In this document: positions 8,817-19,149 of the stretch, piece by piece
Numbering within the stretch: position 1 is the stretch's first letter
Layout of the letters: the number at the start of each line of letters is the position of its first letter
Assembly (NCBI GenBank): GCA_963721565.1
Contig: CAVRKP010000007.1
Coordinates: 155,608 to 219,607, forward strand
Direction of reading: 5' to 3'
Source of the DNA: Vicinamibacterales bacterium
GTDB taxonomy: Bacteria > Acidobacteriota > Vicinamibacteria > Vicinamibacterales > Vicinamibacteraceae
Length of the DNA: 64,000 bases
The notes under the pieces: model-generated
Seen by the model: only the letters and a program-made list of their open reading frames with translations
Databases searched by the model: none
What the model was told of the DNA's origin: nothing
Made by a program: the position numbers and the translations under genes

Positions 8817-9430
8817 TCGCCCTTCGCACGTTCAGGATCGTCGCCGTCACCTGGACGGTGTAGGTGCGCCCGGTTTCGGCGATCGCCGCCTTCGAGTCAC
8901 GACGAGCGGCTTGCCGCTCTCGAACACGATGGCCGTTGGTTTCGTGCGATCCGCTGCCGAAGCTCGGCTGCGATGCCGTGGCCGCCTGTCCGGACCTGTA
9001 GACGGTGGAGAAGTTCAGGTTCATGCGCAGCAACGAGATGGGCCGCGTCGAGGATCTGCGGCGTGGCGTCGACGTTGATGCCGACGTCGCGATAGGTACG
9101 CTCGCCGTCACCGGGCGCGGTCGGATCGATCGACATGAGCGGTGGCGCACCGGAATCTCGATGCCGGCGCGGCCCTTGGTCTCGCGGCCGTCGGCGGCGA
9201 CCATCGACAGCGATCTTGACCACCGGCTTGTCGCGCCCTTGAGCGGCGATCGGTGACGTCGACGCGGACGTTCTGGTTCGACGGCAGCGGCGCCGGCACG
9301 GCCGGCGTCGGCGTCTTGACCTCGACGGCGGCGCGGCGGTGGCGGCTGCGGCGAGCGTGCGACGGAAGGGCGAGCGCCAGCAGCGGCGACGACGGACAGC
9401 GCGGAGACGAGCGGACAGCACGGACATCAT
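8740..9430 (-). CDS. secreted hypothetical protein, frameshifted (several breaks; the C-terminus is uncertain and may end at 8832)
   Basis: ATGATG at 9430-9425 is preceded by an AGGAGA Shine-Dalgarno. A signal-peptide-like MMSVLSARL..LLALALPSHA is followed by beta-strand-like segments in shifting frames: VEVKTPTPAVPAPLPSNQNVRVDVT, KPVVKIAV, SIDPTAPGDGERTYRDVGINVDATPQILD, ISLLRMNLNFSTVYRSGQAATASQPSFGSGSHETNG, GRTYTVQVTATILN. Confidence 0.45.
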
Positions 9431-9449
9431 GGTTCTCCTGGGGCGACGG

Positions 9450-10083
9450 GTCGGCGGGCCGGCGTCGCTGATGGCGACGTGTCCAACGCATCGACGGTGA
9501 TCGGCGATCGAGGGGCGACGTCGAGCGACGGCGACGGGCGTGCGGCCCGGGCGCGCGCTCGCGCTCCAGGCGTCTTCCGGAATCTGCCTGGACGGCGCGC
9601 GACGAGCGCGATCGAGCGGATCGGCGCCGGGCGTCGCGACGGACAGCGGACGCCGAGCCGGCACGCGACAGCGCGTCGGCGGGCGAGCGCGTTCGCGGCC
9701 GAACGACCCGCGGCGGCACGACCATGCGGCGCGCCGTGGCGCGGCGTCGTCGCCGGCACCGATCGGCACGCGAGGCGCGTTCCGCGGCCGGCGACCACCG
9801 GCCGCGACGTGCCGCATCGGCGAGCGGCGCATCGTGCGCTGGCCGCCTACGGCCAGATCACGGCCGCCGCGAGCACCGCGGTCGCCAGGTCGCGACGGGG
9901 AGCGCCCACCGCCACGCGACGCCGGCGATCGACTCCGGCGTCGGTCCACGGCCTCGGCCAGCGCGATCCGCGTCCGGCGCAGCGAGGCGGCCGCGGCCTC
10001 GTCGCTCACCGCGGTCAGCGACGGGACCACCGCGTCGATGGCGCCGTCGAGATCGGGGCGCGGCTGATCGTCCTGCGTCGCAT
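9450..10083 (-). CDS. putative anti-sigma factor, heavily frameshifted (boundaries approximate)
   Basis: ATG 10083-10081 directly abuts the TAG of the ECF sigma gene. The readable pieces are ATQDDQPRPDLDGAIDAVVPSLTAVSDEAAAASLRRTRIALAEAVD and a hydrophobic DLATAVLAAAVIW. The call rests mainly on position downstream of an ECF sigma gene. Confidence 0.3.
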
Positions 10084-10665
10084 CTAGAAACCCAGGCGGG
10101 TGAGCTTCACCCGCAGTTGCCGGCGCGCTTCCGAGACGCGCCATTTCACGGTGCCGACGGGGATGGCCAGCATCGAGGCCGCCTCGTCGTAGCTGTAGTC
10201 GCCCGATCCGATCAGCAGCAGCGGATCGCGCAGCTTCGGCGACAGCGCCTTGACCAGCCCGGCCACCGTCCGTTGCTGCTCGCCGTCGAGGGCGCGGCGC
10301 TCCGGCGTCGCCGCCCCCGAGTCGACGAACGCCAGCAGCGGCGCCGTCTCGCCGGCGATGGCGGCGGTGCCGCCGTCGAGCGACACCAGCCGGGCCAGCC
10401 ACCGGGTCACCCCGCGGCGGCGATCCGTGGCCTTGTGCCAGACGATGGCCAGGAGCCAGGTGCGGAAGGCCGCGTCGCCGCGGAAGTCCGCCAGGCGGTC
10501 GCGGGCCGCGATCCAGGCCTCCTGGACCGCGTCGTCGGCCTCGTCGGCGCGTCCCAGGGCCGCCACGGCGGCCCGCAGGGCGGCGCGATGGTGCCGCTCC
10601 ACCAGGACCCCGAACGCGTCGGAATCGCCCTCCCGGGCGCGCTCGACCAGTTCGAGGTCCGTCAC
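10084..10665 (-). CDS. ECF (group 4) RNA polymerase sigma-70 family factor; intact
   Basis: 193 aa: MTDLELVERAREGDSDAFGVLVERHHRAALRAAVAALG...AVQEAWIAARDRLADFRGDAAFRTWLLAIVWHKATDRRR (region 2) and YSYDEAASMLAIPVGTVKWRVSEARRQLRVKL (region 4 HTH). Confidence 0.9.
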   Translation of the reverse strand: MTDLELVERAREGDSDAFGVLVERHHRAALRAAVAALGRADEADDAVQEAWIAARDRLADFRGDAAFRTWLLAIVWHKATDRRRGVTRWLARLVSLDGGTAAIAGETAPLLAFVDSGAATPERRALDGEQQRTVAGLVKALSPKLRDPLLLIGSGDYSYDEAASMLAIPVGTVKWRVSEARRQLRVKLTRLGF

Positions 10666-10776
10666 ACAGTCTTTTGTCGTCCCCGGGCGTCCGGCGGTTG
10701 GACTTTCTCCAGCGCGCCGGCCGGGAGCGGCTTTCCCATCGAAATTCAGCGATTTTGCAAGGTACTACTCCCCCCA

Positions 10777-13105
10777 ATGCTTTCCGACGACCAGATCCTG
10801 GCCCGCATCCGCGAGCAGGTCCACCACCCCGCCACCCTGGCGGAGCTCGCCCAGCGGCTCGAGATCGCCCGCGAGGACCGGCCGGCCTTCCGCCGCCGCC
10901 TCAAGCACCTCGTCGCCGCCGGCTCGGTCATCGCCACCCGCGGCGGCCACTTCGGCCTGCCCGACCGCATGCACCTCGTGGTCGGGCGCATCGACATGAG
11001 CGCCCAGGGGTTCGGCTTCGTCCGGCCCGAACGCCCGGTCGAGGGCGTCACCGGCGACATCTACGTCGCCGGCAGCAACCTCCAGGAGGCGATGCAGGGC
11101 GACCGCGTCGTCGTCCGCCTCGAGGGCGTGACGCGCGTGCCCGAGCGCGCCGATCGGAGCGGACGCCCGAAGCGCGGCCCAGCGCGTCCGCCGATGACCC
11201 GGACCGAGGGCCGCGTCGTCCAGGTGCTGGAGCGTGCCGCCAGCCACGTCGTCGGCCGCTACGTCCTCGACTCGTCGGGGCTGGGCTACGTCGTCCCGTT
11301 CGACAAGAAGATCCTGGTCGACATCCAGGTGCAGCCCACCGAGACGAAGGGGGCCCAGCCCGGCGAGATGGTGACGGTCGCGATCACCCGCTGGCCGACG
11401 CCGACCCGCGGCCCGGCCGGCCGCATCGTCGAAGTGCTCGGCGACATCGATGCCCCGGGCGTCGATCTGCAGGTCATCATCCGCAAGCACGGCATCAACG
11501 ACGCGCATGGCGACGCGGCGGTCGCCGAAGCGACGCGCCTCGGCTCGGTGGTCAAGCCGAAGGACATCGAGGGCCGCACCGACTTCCGCGCCGTGCCGAC
11601 GGTCACCATCGACGGCGAGGACGCCCGCGACTTCGACGACGCCATCACCATCGAGCGGCTGCCGAACGGGCACTACTGGCTCGGCGTGCACATCGCCGAC
11701 GTCTCGCACTACGTGCGGGAGGGGAGTGCGCTCGACACCGAGGCCTACGAGCGCGGCACATCGGTGTACTTCCCCGAGCGCGCCGTGCACATGTTCCCGC
11801 ACGAGCTGTCGACGGGGCTGTGCTCGCTCAACCCGCACGTCGATCGCCTGGTCCAGTCGTGCCTGATGGAGGTCAACCCGCGCGGCGACGTGGTCCGCTA
11901 CGAGCTGCACGACGGCGTCATCTACAGCGACGAGCGGATGACCTACGACGCGGTCGACGCCATCCTCACGCAGAAGGACGCGGCGATGCGCGCGCGGTAC
12001 GCCGCGCTCGTCCCGATGTTCGAGCAGATGGGCGCGCTGTTCGAGATCCTGAACGGCCGGCGCCGGCGCCGCGGCTCGATCGACTTCGACCTGCCGGAGA
12101 ACGAGCTGGTGCTCGACGAGACGGGGCGCGTCTCGGCCATCCTGGCGTCGCAGCGCAACATCGCCCACCGGCTGATCGAGGAGTTCATGCTGCTGGCCAA
12201 CGAGACGGTGGCGCAGCACCTCGCCGACCACGGCACGCCGACGCTCTTCCGCATCCACGAGTCGCCGGACATCCTCAAGGTCGAGGAGTTCGAGGAGTTC
12301 ATCGCCTCGCTCGGCCACTCGCTCGGCGTCCCGTCGCACAGCGTCCAGCCGAAGCACTTCCAGAAGCTGGTCAAGTCGATCGAGGGCACGCCGGAGGAGC
12401 GGGCCATCGCGATGCTGATGCTGCGGACGATGCAGAAGGCGCGCTACGAGGTGTCGCAACCTCGGCCACTTCGGGCTGGCGGCGAAGAGCTACTGCCACT
12501 TCACCTCGCCGATCCGGCGCTACCCGGACCTCGTCGTGCACCGCTCACTGCGGGCGCAGCGGCACGGGCAGCTCACCGAGGAACGCGTCCGCGAGTGGGA
12601 GGAGGAACTGCCGGAAGCGGCCCGCCACACCTCCGATCGCGAGCGCCGCGCCGACGAAGCCGAGCGCGAGATCGTCCAGTGGAAGAAGGTCCGCTTCATG
12701 GCCGACAAGGTCGGCGAGGAGTTCGAGGGCTACGTCATCGGCGTCGCCCCGTTCGGCCTGTTCGTGCAGCTGATCGAGCACTTCGTCGACGGGCTCGTCC
12801 ACATCTCGAGCATGGCCGACGACTACTACCGCTACATCGACCGGCAGCACGTCCTGTTCGGCGAGAACACCGGCAAGAGCTATCGGCTCGGCGACAAGGT
12901 CGTGGCCCAGGTCACGCGGGTGGACATGGAGCGCCGCCAGGTGGAGCTGGGGCTCGCCGAGATCCTGGACCTCGTCCGGCAGTCCGAACGCAACCGCGGA
13001 CCCCGGCGCAGCACGGTGGTGTCGAAGGTCGAGACGAGGAAACGGACCACCCGGCCGGGACGCCGGGAGCGTGAGCAGGTCAAGCCGCCGAAACGGCGGC
13101 GCTGA
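10777..13105 (+). CDS. rnr: ribonuclease R (one +1 frame break near 12458)
   Basis: ATG 10777 (MLSDDQILARIREQV). The RNB catalytic core is VTIDGEDARDFDDAITIERLPNGHYWLGVHIADVSHYV. After the break it continues NLGHFGLAAKSYCHFTSPIRRYPDLVVHR. A C-terminal S1 domain (FEGYVIGVAPFGLFVQL...GLVHIS) and a basic tail follow. Upstream ORF residues before 10777 are not RNase R-like. Confidence 0.9.
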
Positions 13106-13113
13106 GCCCGACG

Positions 13114-13136
13114 CTGCGGCGCAGGGCGCGCCGCAG
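13114..13136. terminator. GC-rich hairpin between convergent rnr and tatA (possible bidirectional terminator, no U-tract)
   Basis: CTGCGGCGC-agggc-GCGCCGCAG: a perfect 9-bp stem with a 5-nt loop, 9 nt after the rnr stop and 14 nt from the tatA stop. Confidence 0.35.
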
Positions 13137-13149
13137 GCAGACGCTGGAG

Positions 13150-13314
13150 CTAGGCGTCCTTTTCTTCCTTCTCACCCGAGCCGAGACCACTCTTGAAGTT
13201 GCGAATGCTCTGACCCAGGCCCTTGCCCAGCTGCGGCAGCCGGTTGGCGCCGAAGATCAGAATGACGATGGCGAGGATCACGAGAATTTCGGGCAGGCCA
13301 AGACGGGGAATCAT
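13150..13314 (-). CDS. tatA: twin-arginine translocase subunit TatA/E (54 aa, below the ORF-track cutoff)
   Basis: The reverse strand reads [54 protein letters not shown] then TAG. This is the classic TatA layout of an N-terminal TM helix, FG, and an amphipathic helix containing LP.LGK..G. Confidence 0.85.
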   Translation of the reverse strand: MIPRLGLPEILVILAIVILIFGANRLPQLGKGLGQSIRNFKSGLGSGEKEEKDA

Positions 13315-13461
13315 GTGCGCTCCTTGTGCGGCGACCCCTCATGGTATCACTGCGGTGACGGCCGGGCGGCGGGTTGGCCGCAAAACCGGACAACGGTGCG
13401 CGGCGTCGTAGCGAGAGGGCAAGCGGGCCCGGGGTACTGGTTTTGCAGTTGAACCGACCCG

Positions 13462-14461
13462 ATGGCCTCGTTCACAATGAGAGACGCCGCCGATTCGGGT
13501 CGCGCCATGCCTCTTGAAATGCCTCCGGGCCAGCCAGATCCCGCTCCGCCGACGACGGCGCGCGGCGGCGGCGTGGCCGCGGGCCGGGGCTCCGGATACA
13601 CGCTGCTCCATCTCGACGAGGCGACGGCCGACGAAACCGCGTTCGGCGAACGTAAGGGCCGGTTCGGCGGCGCCTTCGGCACCTCGATCGCCTCACACGC
13701 GCTCCTCATCCTGCTCTTCTACGGCCTGACGCTCCTGCCGGCCCCGGCGGTGGCGCCGGACATCGAGCGTCCGTTCGATCCGTCGCAGCTCGTGTGGGCC
13801 AACGTGCCCGGGCCGGGCGGCGGCGGTGGCGGCGGCGGCAACCAGATGAAGGAGCCGCCGGCCCAGGCCCAGACCAAGCCGATCGACAAGATCGCCGTGC
13901 CGGTCGCCAAGCCGACGCCGCAGACGCCGCCGAAGGAAATCAAGGCGCAGGAGCCGCCGCCGCAGCTGGCGATGAACGTCCCGGTCAAGCCGATGGACGC
14001 CGGCCAGATCGCCCAGGTCGGCACCATCGACGCGCCGGCGGCGCCGCCCACGGCCTCGCAGGGCAGCGGTTCCGGCGGTGGTTCGGGGACGGGCACCGGG
14101 ACGGGCTCCGGCCCGGGCCGCGGCTCCGGCCTCGGCGCCGGCGAGGGCGGCGGCACCGGCGGCGGTGCCTACCAGATCGGCAACGGCGTCATGCCGCCCG
14201 ACCTGATCCACCGCACCTCGCCGCAGTACACCGCCGAGGCGATGCGCGCCAAGATCCAGGGCACCGCGATGCTGACGCGGCATCGTCGGCGTCGACGGCA
14301 CGCTGCAGGAGATCCGCATCTCGCGCTCGCTCGACGGCACGTTCGGCCTCGATCAGGAGGCGATCAAGTGCGTCCGGCAGTGGCGCTTCCGCCCCGGCAC
14401 CCGCCAGGGCCAGCCGGTGCCGGTCTACGTGACCATCGAAGTCGCGTTCAACCTCCGCTGA
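13462..14461 (+). CDS. TonB-family energy transducer, paralogue 1 (one +1 frame break near 14280)
   Basis: It has a TM anchor IASHALLILLFYGLTLL, a Pro/Lys-rich then Gly-rich linker, and a TonB C-terminal domain: MPPDLIHRTSPQYTAEAMRAKIQGTAMLT / GIVGVDGTLQEIRISRSLDGTFGLDQEAIKCVRQWRFRPGTRQGQPVPVYVTIEVAFNLR. Confidence 0.8.
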
Positions 14462-14489
14462 TTCGCTCCGCCGGTTCGTCGGTCCGGCC

Positions 14490-15419
14490 ATGGTCGGGCC
14501 GGCCGCGTCCAAAGGTGCGATGCGAACGCGTCGGACCTTGCCGCATCCCACCTACGCGTTGCTTTCCCTGGGAGAGGCGACGATCGACGACTCCGCGTTC
14601 GCGCACCGGACCGGACGGCTCGGCGGCGCGCTGGGAACCGCGGTCGTCACGCACGTCGTCGTCGTCCTCGCCATGTGGGCGCTGGCCGCGCTGAGGCCGG
14701 CCGAGCCGGCATCGAAGGTGGCGCCGGCATCGTCGCTGCCGGCGCTGGTCTTCGTCGGCGCCACGGGCGCCGGTGCCAGGAGCGGTGGCGAGGGCGGCGG
14801 CAACCGATCGGCGCTGGCCGCGGTCCTCGTCCGCACCCGGCCTGCCGACGCCACGGCCGTGCCAATGCACCCGGACACCGCCCCTCGCGGCGCCGGATGC
14901 GATCGCGCCCGAAGCGACGGCGACCAACGCCTGGGACCTGCCCGTCACGCCGATGGACGCCGGTACGCTGCCTCAGGTCGGGGCCCTGGACGGGCTCCCG
15001 TCACCGCCCACGAACGCGAGAGGGGCGGGCGAGGGCCAGGGAACCAACCTCGGTCGCGGACCTGGATCTGGCCCCGGCGACGGTCCCGGCCGGGGCCGGG
15101 CGGCCGGGGGAACGGCGGCGACGACATCTACGGCGTCGGCAACGGCGTCACCGCCCCGACGATCCTGTTCCAGACGTCGCCGCGCTACACCCCCGACGCG
15201 GTCCGCGCCAAGCTGCAGGGCGCGGCCGTGGTGAGCGCCGTCGTGGGGCCGGACGGTACGCTTCGCGACATCCGCATCGTCCGCTCGCTCGACGCCACGT
15301 TCGGGCTCGATCAGGAAGCGATCGCCTGCGTCCGCCAGTGGCGCTTCAGGCCTGGCACCCGCCAGGGCGCGCCTGTGGCGGTCTCCGTGACGATCGAAGT
15401 CGCCTTCACCCTGCGCTGA
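14490..15419 (+). CDS. TonB-family energy transducer, paralogue 2 (two compensating frame breaks, ~14800 and ~15100)
   Basis: Same architecture as 13462-14461. It has the shared N-terminal motif LLSLGEATIDDSAFAHRTGRLGGALGT, the TM helix VVTHVVVVLAMWAL, and a C-terminal domain TAPTILFQTSPRYTPDAVRAKLQGAAVVSAVVGPDGTLRDIRIVRSLDATFGLDQEAIACVRQWRFRPGTRQGAPVAVSVTIEVAFTLR. Confidence 0.8.
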   Translation: MVGPAASKGAMRTRRTLPHPTYALLSLGEATIDDSAFAHRTGRLGGALGTAVVTHVVVVLAMWALAALRPAEPASKVAPASSLPALVFVGATGAGARSGGEGGGNRSALAAVLVRTRPADATAVPMHPDTAPRGAGCDRARSDGDQRLGPARHADGRRYAASGRGPGRAPVTAHERERGGRGPGNQPRSRTWIWPRRRSRPGPGGRGNGGDDIYGVGNGVTAPTILFQTSPRYTPDAVRAKLQGAAVVSAVVGPDGTLRDIRIVRSLDATFGLDQEAIACVRQWRFRPGTRQGAPVAVSVTIEVAFTLR

Positions 15420-15444
15420 GCGCCATCGTCCGCCGTACGCAGCA

Positions 15445-15476
15445 ACGCCCGGCGGGGAAGACCCCTCGCCGGGCGT
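15445..15476 (+). terminator. strong GC hairpin downstream of the second tonB gene (terminator candidate)
   Basis: ACGCCCGGCGGGG-aaga-CCCC(t)CGCCGGGCGT: about 13 bp of stem with one bulge, 26 nt after the stop at 15419. The T-tract is weak. Confidence 0.4.
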
Positions 15477-15623
15477 GCTGTCGTTCACGGTGCGGCCGAG
15501 CGCGGCCGCGAGCTTCGTTCCGCCGCCCGCGGTGCCAGACGGCGCGCCCAGCGCCGGCTGAAGAGCACCGCGGATCGAGCGGCGGCCCGCGGCGGCCCCT
15601 GAGGGGGGCGCCGCAAGACGAGA

Positions 15624-17285
<1,662 letters not shown>

Positions 17286-17579
17286 CTACTTGGCCTCGAG
17301 CACGGCCAGGACTTCGTCCTCGCGCATGATGAGGTACTCCTCGCCGTCGATCTTGATGTCCTGCCCCGAGTACTTGCCGAAGAGGATCGTGTCCCCGGCC
17401 TTGACGTCGAGGGGCAGGACCTTGCCGTCGTCCTTCGCCTTGCCCTTGCCGGCGGCGACGACCTTGCCCTGCTGGGGCTTTTCCTTGGCAGTGTCCGGGA
17501 TGATGATGCCCCCGACGCGCTGCTCTCCTTCTTCCAGACGCTGGACAATGATCCGGTCGTGGAGTGGTCTGACCTTCAT
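17286..17579 (-). CDS. groS: co-chaperonin GroES; intact
   Basis: 97 aa, [46 protein letters not shown]...[34 protein letters not shown], 21 nt upstream of groEL. Confidence 0.97.
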   Translation of the reverse strand: MKVRPLHDRIIVQRLEEGEQRVGGIIIPDTAKEKPQQGKVVAAGKGKAKDDGKVLPLDVKAGDTILFGKYSGQDIKIDGEEYLIMREDEVLAVLEAK

Positions 17580-17688
17580 GCGTGGAACTCCGTATGCGAT
17601 GTGTGAAAAACGGTGGATGACGGGCCGGTGGTGGCCGCCAGGAGCGCCCGCCGCGCAGTCGCCTGCTGGCAGTCGACGCCCCTGTCTG

Positions 17689-17715
17689 TTAGCACTCGAC
17701 CTGGCCGACTGCTAA
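17689..17715 (-). promoter_or_regulatory. CIRCE operator (HrcA binding site) of the groES-groEL operon
   Basis: TTAGCACTC-N9-GACTGCTAA matches 17 of 18 positions of the consensus TTAGCACTC-N9-GAGTGCTAA. It lies 110 nt upstream of the groES start. Confidence 0.8.
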
Positions 17716-17742
17716 ATCTATAGAGGCGCGCGCGGCTGTCAA
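17715..17742 (-). promoter_or_regulatory. sigma-70-type promoter candidate of groES-groEL (TTGACA-N16-TAGATT) abutting CIRCE
   Basis: On the minus strand, TTGACA (17742-17737), a 16-nt spacer, then TAGATT (17720-17715), immediately followed by the CIRCE inverted repeat. This is the classical promoter-then-operator arrangement. Confidence 0.55.
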
Positions 17743-17765
17743 GCGGGACGGCGCGCGACGAGCCG

Positions 17766-17886
17766 CAACGCCCAACCTCCAACGCCAAGGCACCCAACGG
17801 CACCTCCAAGCTGGACCGGAAGGGCCCCGTCGCGCTTGGGCGTTGGGCGTTGGGAGTGCCTTGGCAGTTGGCGTTGGGAGTTGGAA
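17766..17886. repeat. imperfect inverted repeat built from degenerate GTTGGGN / NCCCAAC heptads
   Basis: The right arm (17834-17886) is GCTTGGGCG TTGGGCG TTGGGAG TGCCTTGGCAG TTGGCG TTGGGAG TTGGAAAC. The left arm (17766-17811) is the CCAAC-rich complement (CAACGCCCAACCTCCAACGCCAAGGCACCCAACGGCACCTCCAAGC). The arms are about 70% complementary and about 22 nt apart. The element lies between the Fis-like gene stop and the groES promoter. Confidence 0.5.
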
Positions 17887-17902
17887 ACCGTCCGGCGTCG
17901 GC

Positions 17903-18115
17903 TCACGGTTTCTTGATCTTGTATTCGTCGATCTTGCGGCTGAGGGTGTTGCGGTGCATGCCGATCCGCTCGGCGGCGCGGCCGATGCTGCCGCCCTCTT
18001 CCTCGAGCGCGACGCTGATGAAGCGGGCCTCGAACTCGCGCGAGGCGTCTTCGTAGAGGATGCCTTTGGCCACCATCTCACGCACCAGGCCGTCGATCTG
18101 CTGGCGGATGGTCAT
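17903..18115 (-). CDS. small Fis-type helix-turn-helix DNA-binding protein (70 aa)
   Basis: MTIRQQIDGLVREMVAKGILYEDASREFEARFISVALEEEGGSIGRAAERIGMHRNTLSRKIDEYKIKKP. The C-terminal HTH_8/Fis pattern is A..LG..RNTL.RK. ATG 18115-18113 overlaps the purC stop (ATGA). Confidence 0.75.
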   Translation of the reverse strand: MTIRQQIDGLVREMVAKGILYEDASREFEARFISVALEEEGGSIGRAAERIGMHRNTLSRKIDEYKIKKP

Positions 18116-19065
18116 GCGAGTTCCCGGCCGGTCAGGCGGCGGAAGGCGTCCAGGTACTTCTCGCGGGTATGGGTGACGACGTCGTCGGGCAGAGTCGGCA
18201 CGGGCGGCTGCTTGTTCCAGCGGATCGACTCGAGGTGGTCGCGCACGTACTGCTTGTCGAAGCTCGGTTGCGGGCCGCCCGGCGCGTAGCGGTCGGCGGG
18301 CCAGAAGCGCGACGAGTCGGGCGTCATCACTTCGTCGATCAGGATGATCTCGTCGCTCTCGCCGTTGGTCACGACGCCGAATTCGAACTTGGTGTCGGCC
18401 AGGATGATGCCGCGCGACGCCGCGTGCTCGACGCCGCGCGCGTAGATGGCCAGCGTCAAGGCCTTGAGGCGCGCCAGCGTCGCGTCGCCGACGATCGCGG
18501 CCGCAGCGGCCTCGCTGATGTTCTCGTCGTGGCCGCTCTCGGCCTTGGTGGCTGGCGTGAAGATCGGCGCCGGCAGCCGATCGCTCTCGCGCAGGCCGGG
18601 CGGCAGCGGCACGCCGCAGACCTGCCCGGTGGCGAGGTAGTCCTTCCAGCCGGAGCCGGAAAGGTAGCCGCGCGCCACGCACTCGATCGAGAACGGCGTC
18701 GTGCGCCGGACCAGCATCGATCGGCCGCGCAGCACCTCCGCGTGCGGCGCCAGGCTGGCGGGGAAGCGCGACACGTCGGCGGTGACGAGGTGATGCGGGA
18801 CGAGGTCGGCGAGGCGATCGAACCAGAAGGCCGACAGCTGCGTCAGCACGCGGCCCTTGTCGGGGATGCCGCTGCCCAGCACGTAGTCGAACGCCGAGAT
18901 GCGATCGGTGGCGACGATCAGCAGGTGCGCGTCGTCGACCGCGTACACGTCGCGGACCTTGCCACGGCGAACGAGCGGGAGATCCGCGAGCGATGAATCG
19001 ATCAGGGGGGCGCGCGTGACCACGTCGGCTCGTAAAGGAGGAGTAGCGTAGCCGAGTCGCGGCAC
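18112..19065 (-). CDS. purC: phosphoribosylaminoimidazole-succinocarboxamide synthase (SAICAR synthetase); intact (the true start may be internal)
   Basis: RGKVRDVYAVDDAHLLIVATDRISAFDYVL...GIPDKGRVLTQLSAFWF...ECVARGYLSGSGWKDY...ILADTKFEFG...LIDEVMTPDSSRFW. Confidence 0.93.
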   Translation of the reverse strand: MPRLGYATPPLRADVVTRAPLIDSSLADLPLVRRGKVRDVYAVDDAHLLIVATDRISAFDYVLGSGIPDKGRVLTQLSAFWFDRLADLVPHHLVTADVSRFPASLAPHAEVLRGRSMLVRRTTPFSIECVARGYLSGSGWKDYLATGQVCGVPLPPGLRESDRLPAPIFTPATKAESGHDENISEAAAAAIVGDATLARLKALTLAIYARGVEHAASRGIILADTKFEFGVVTNGESDEIILIDEVMTPDSSRFWPADRYAPGGPQPSFDKQYVRDHLESIRWNKQPPVPTLPDDVVTHTREKYLDAFRRLTGRELA

Positions 19066-19149
19066 GGACGCCAGCGCCGGCCTTCGGCCCGCGCCCGGGC
19101 GCTGCCACGGGCGGGCGCCGCTGTCAATCGCTCGACGATGCCGTCGGCC

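Noticed and set aside
9724-10776. An apparent 350-aa N-terminal extension of RNase R (ORF 9724-13074).
   Set aside because: The extension is nonsense-like (Arg/Pro-rich) and runs antisense through the ECF sigma gene. RNase R-like sequence begins only at ATG 10777 (MLSDDQILARIREQV).
17853-17867. The exact 15-mer GGAGTGCCTTGGCAG shared with 37663-37677 as proof of a repeat family.
   Set aside because: It is rejected as proof. For 64 kb on both strands, a few exact 15-mer matches are expected by chance, and more in biased-composition DNA. It is kept only as supporting detail for the compositionally unusual TTGG-rich intergenic elements.
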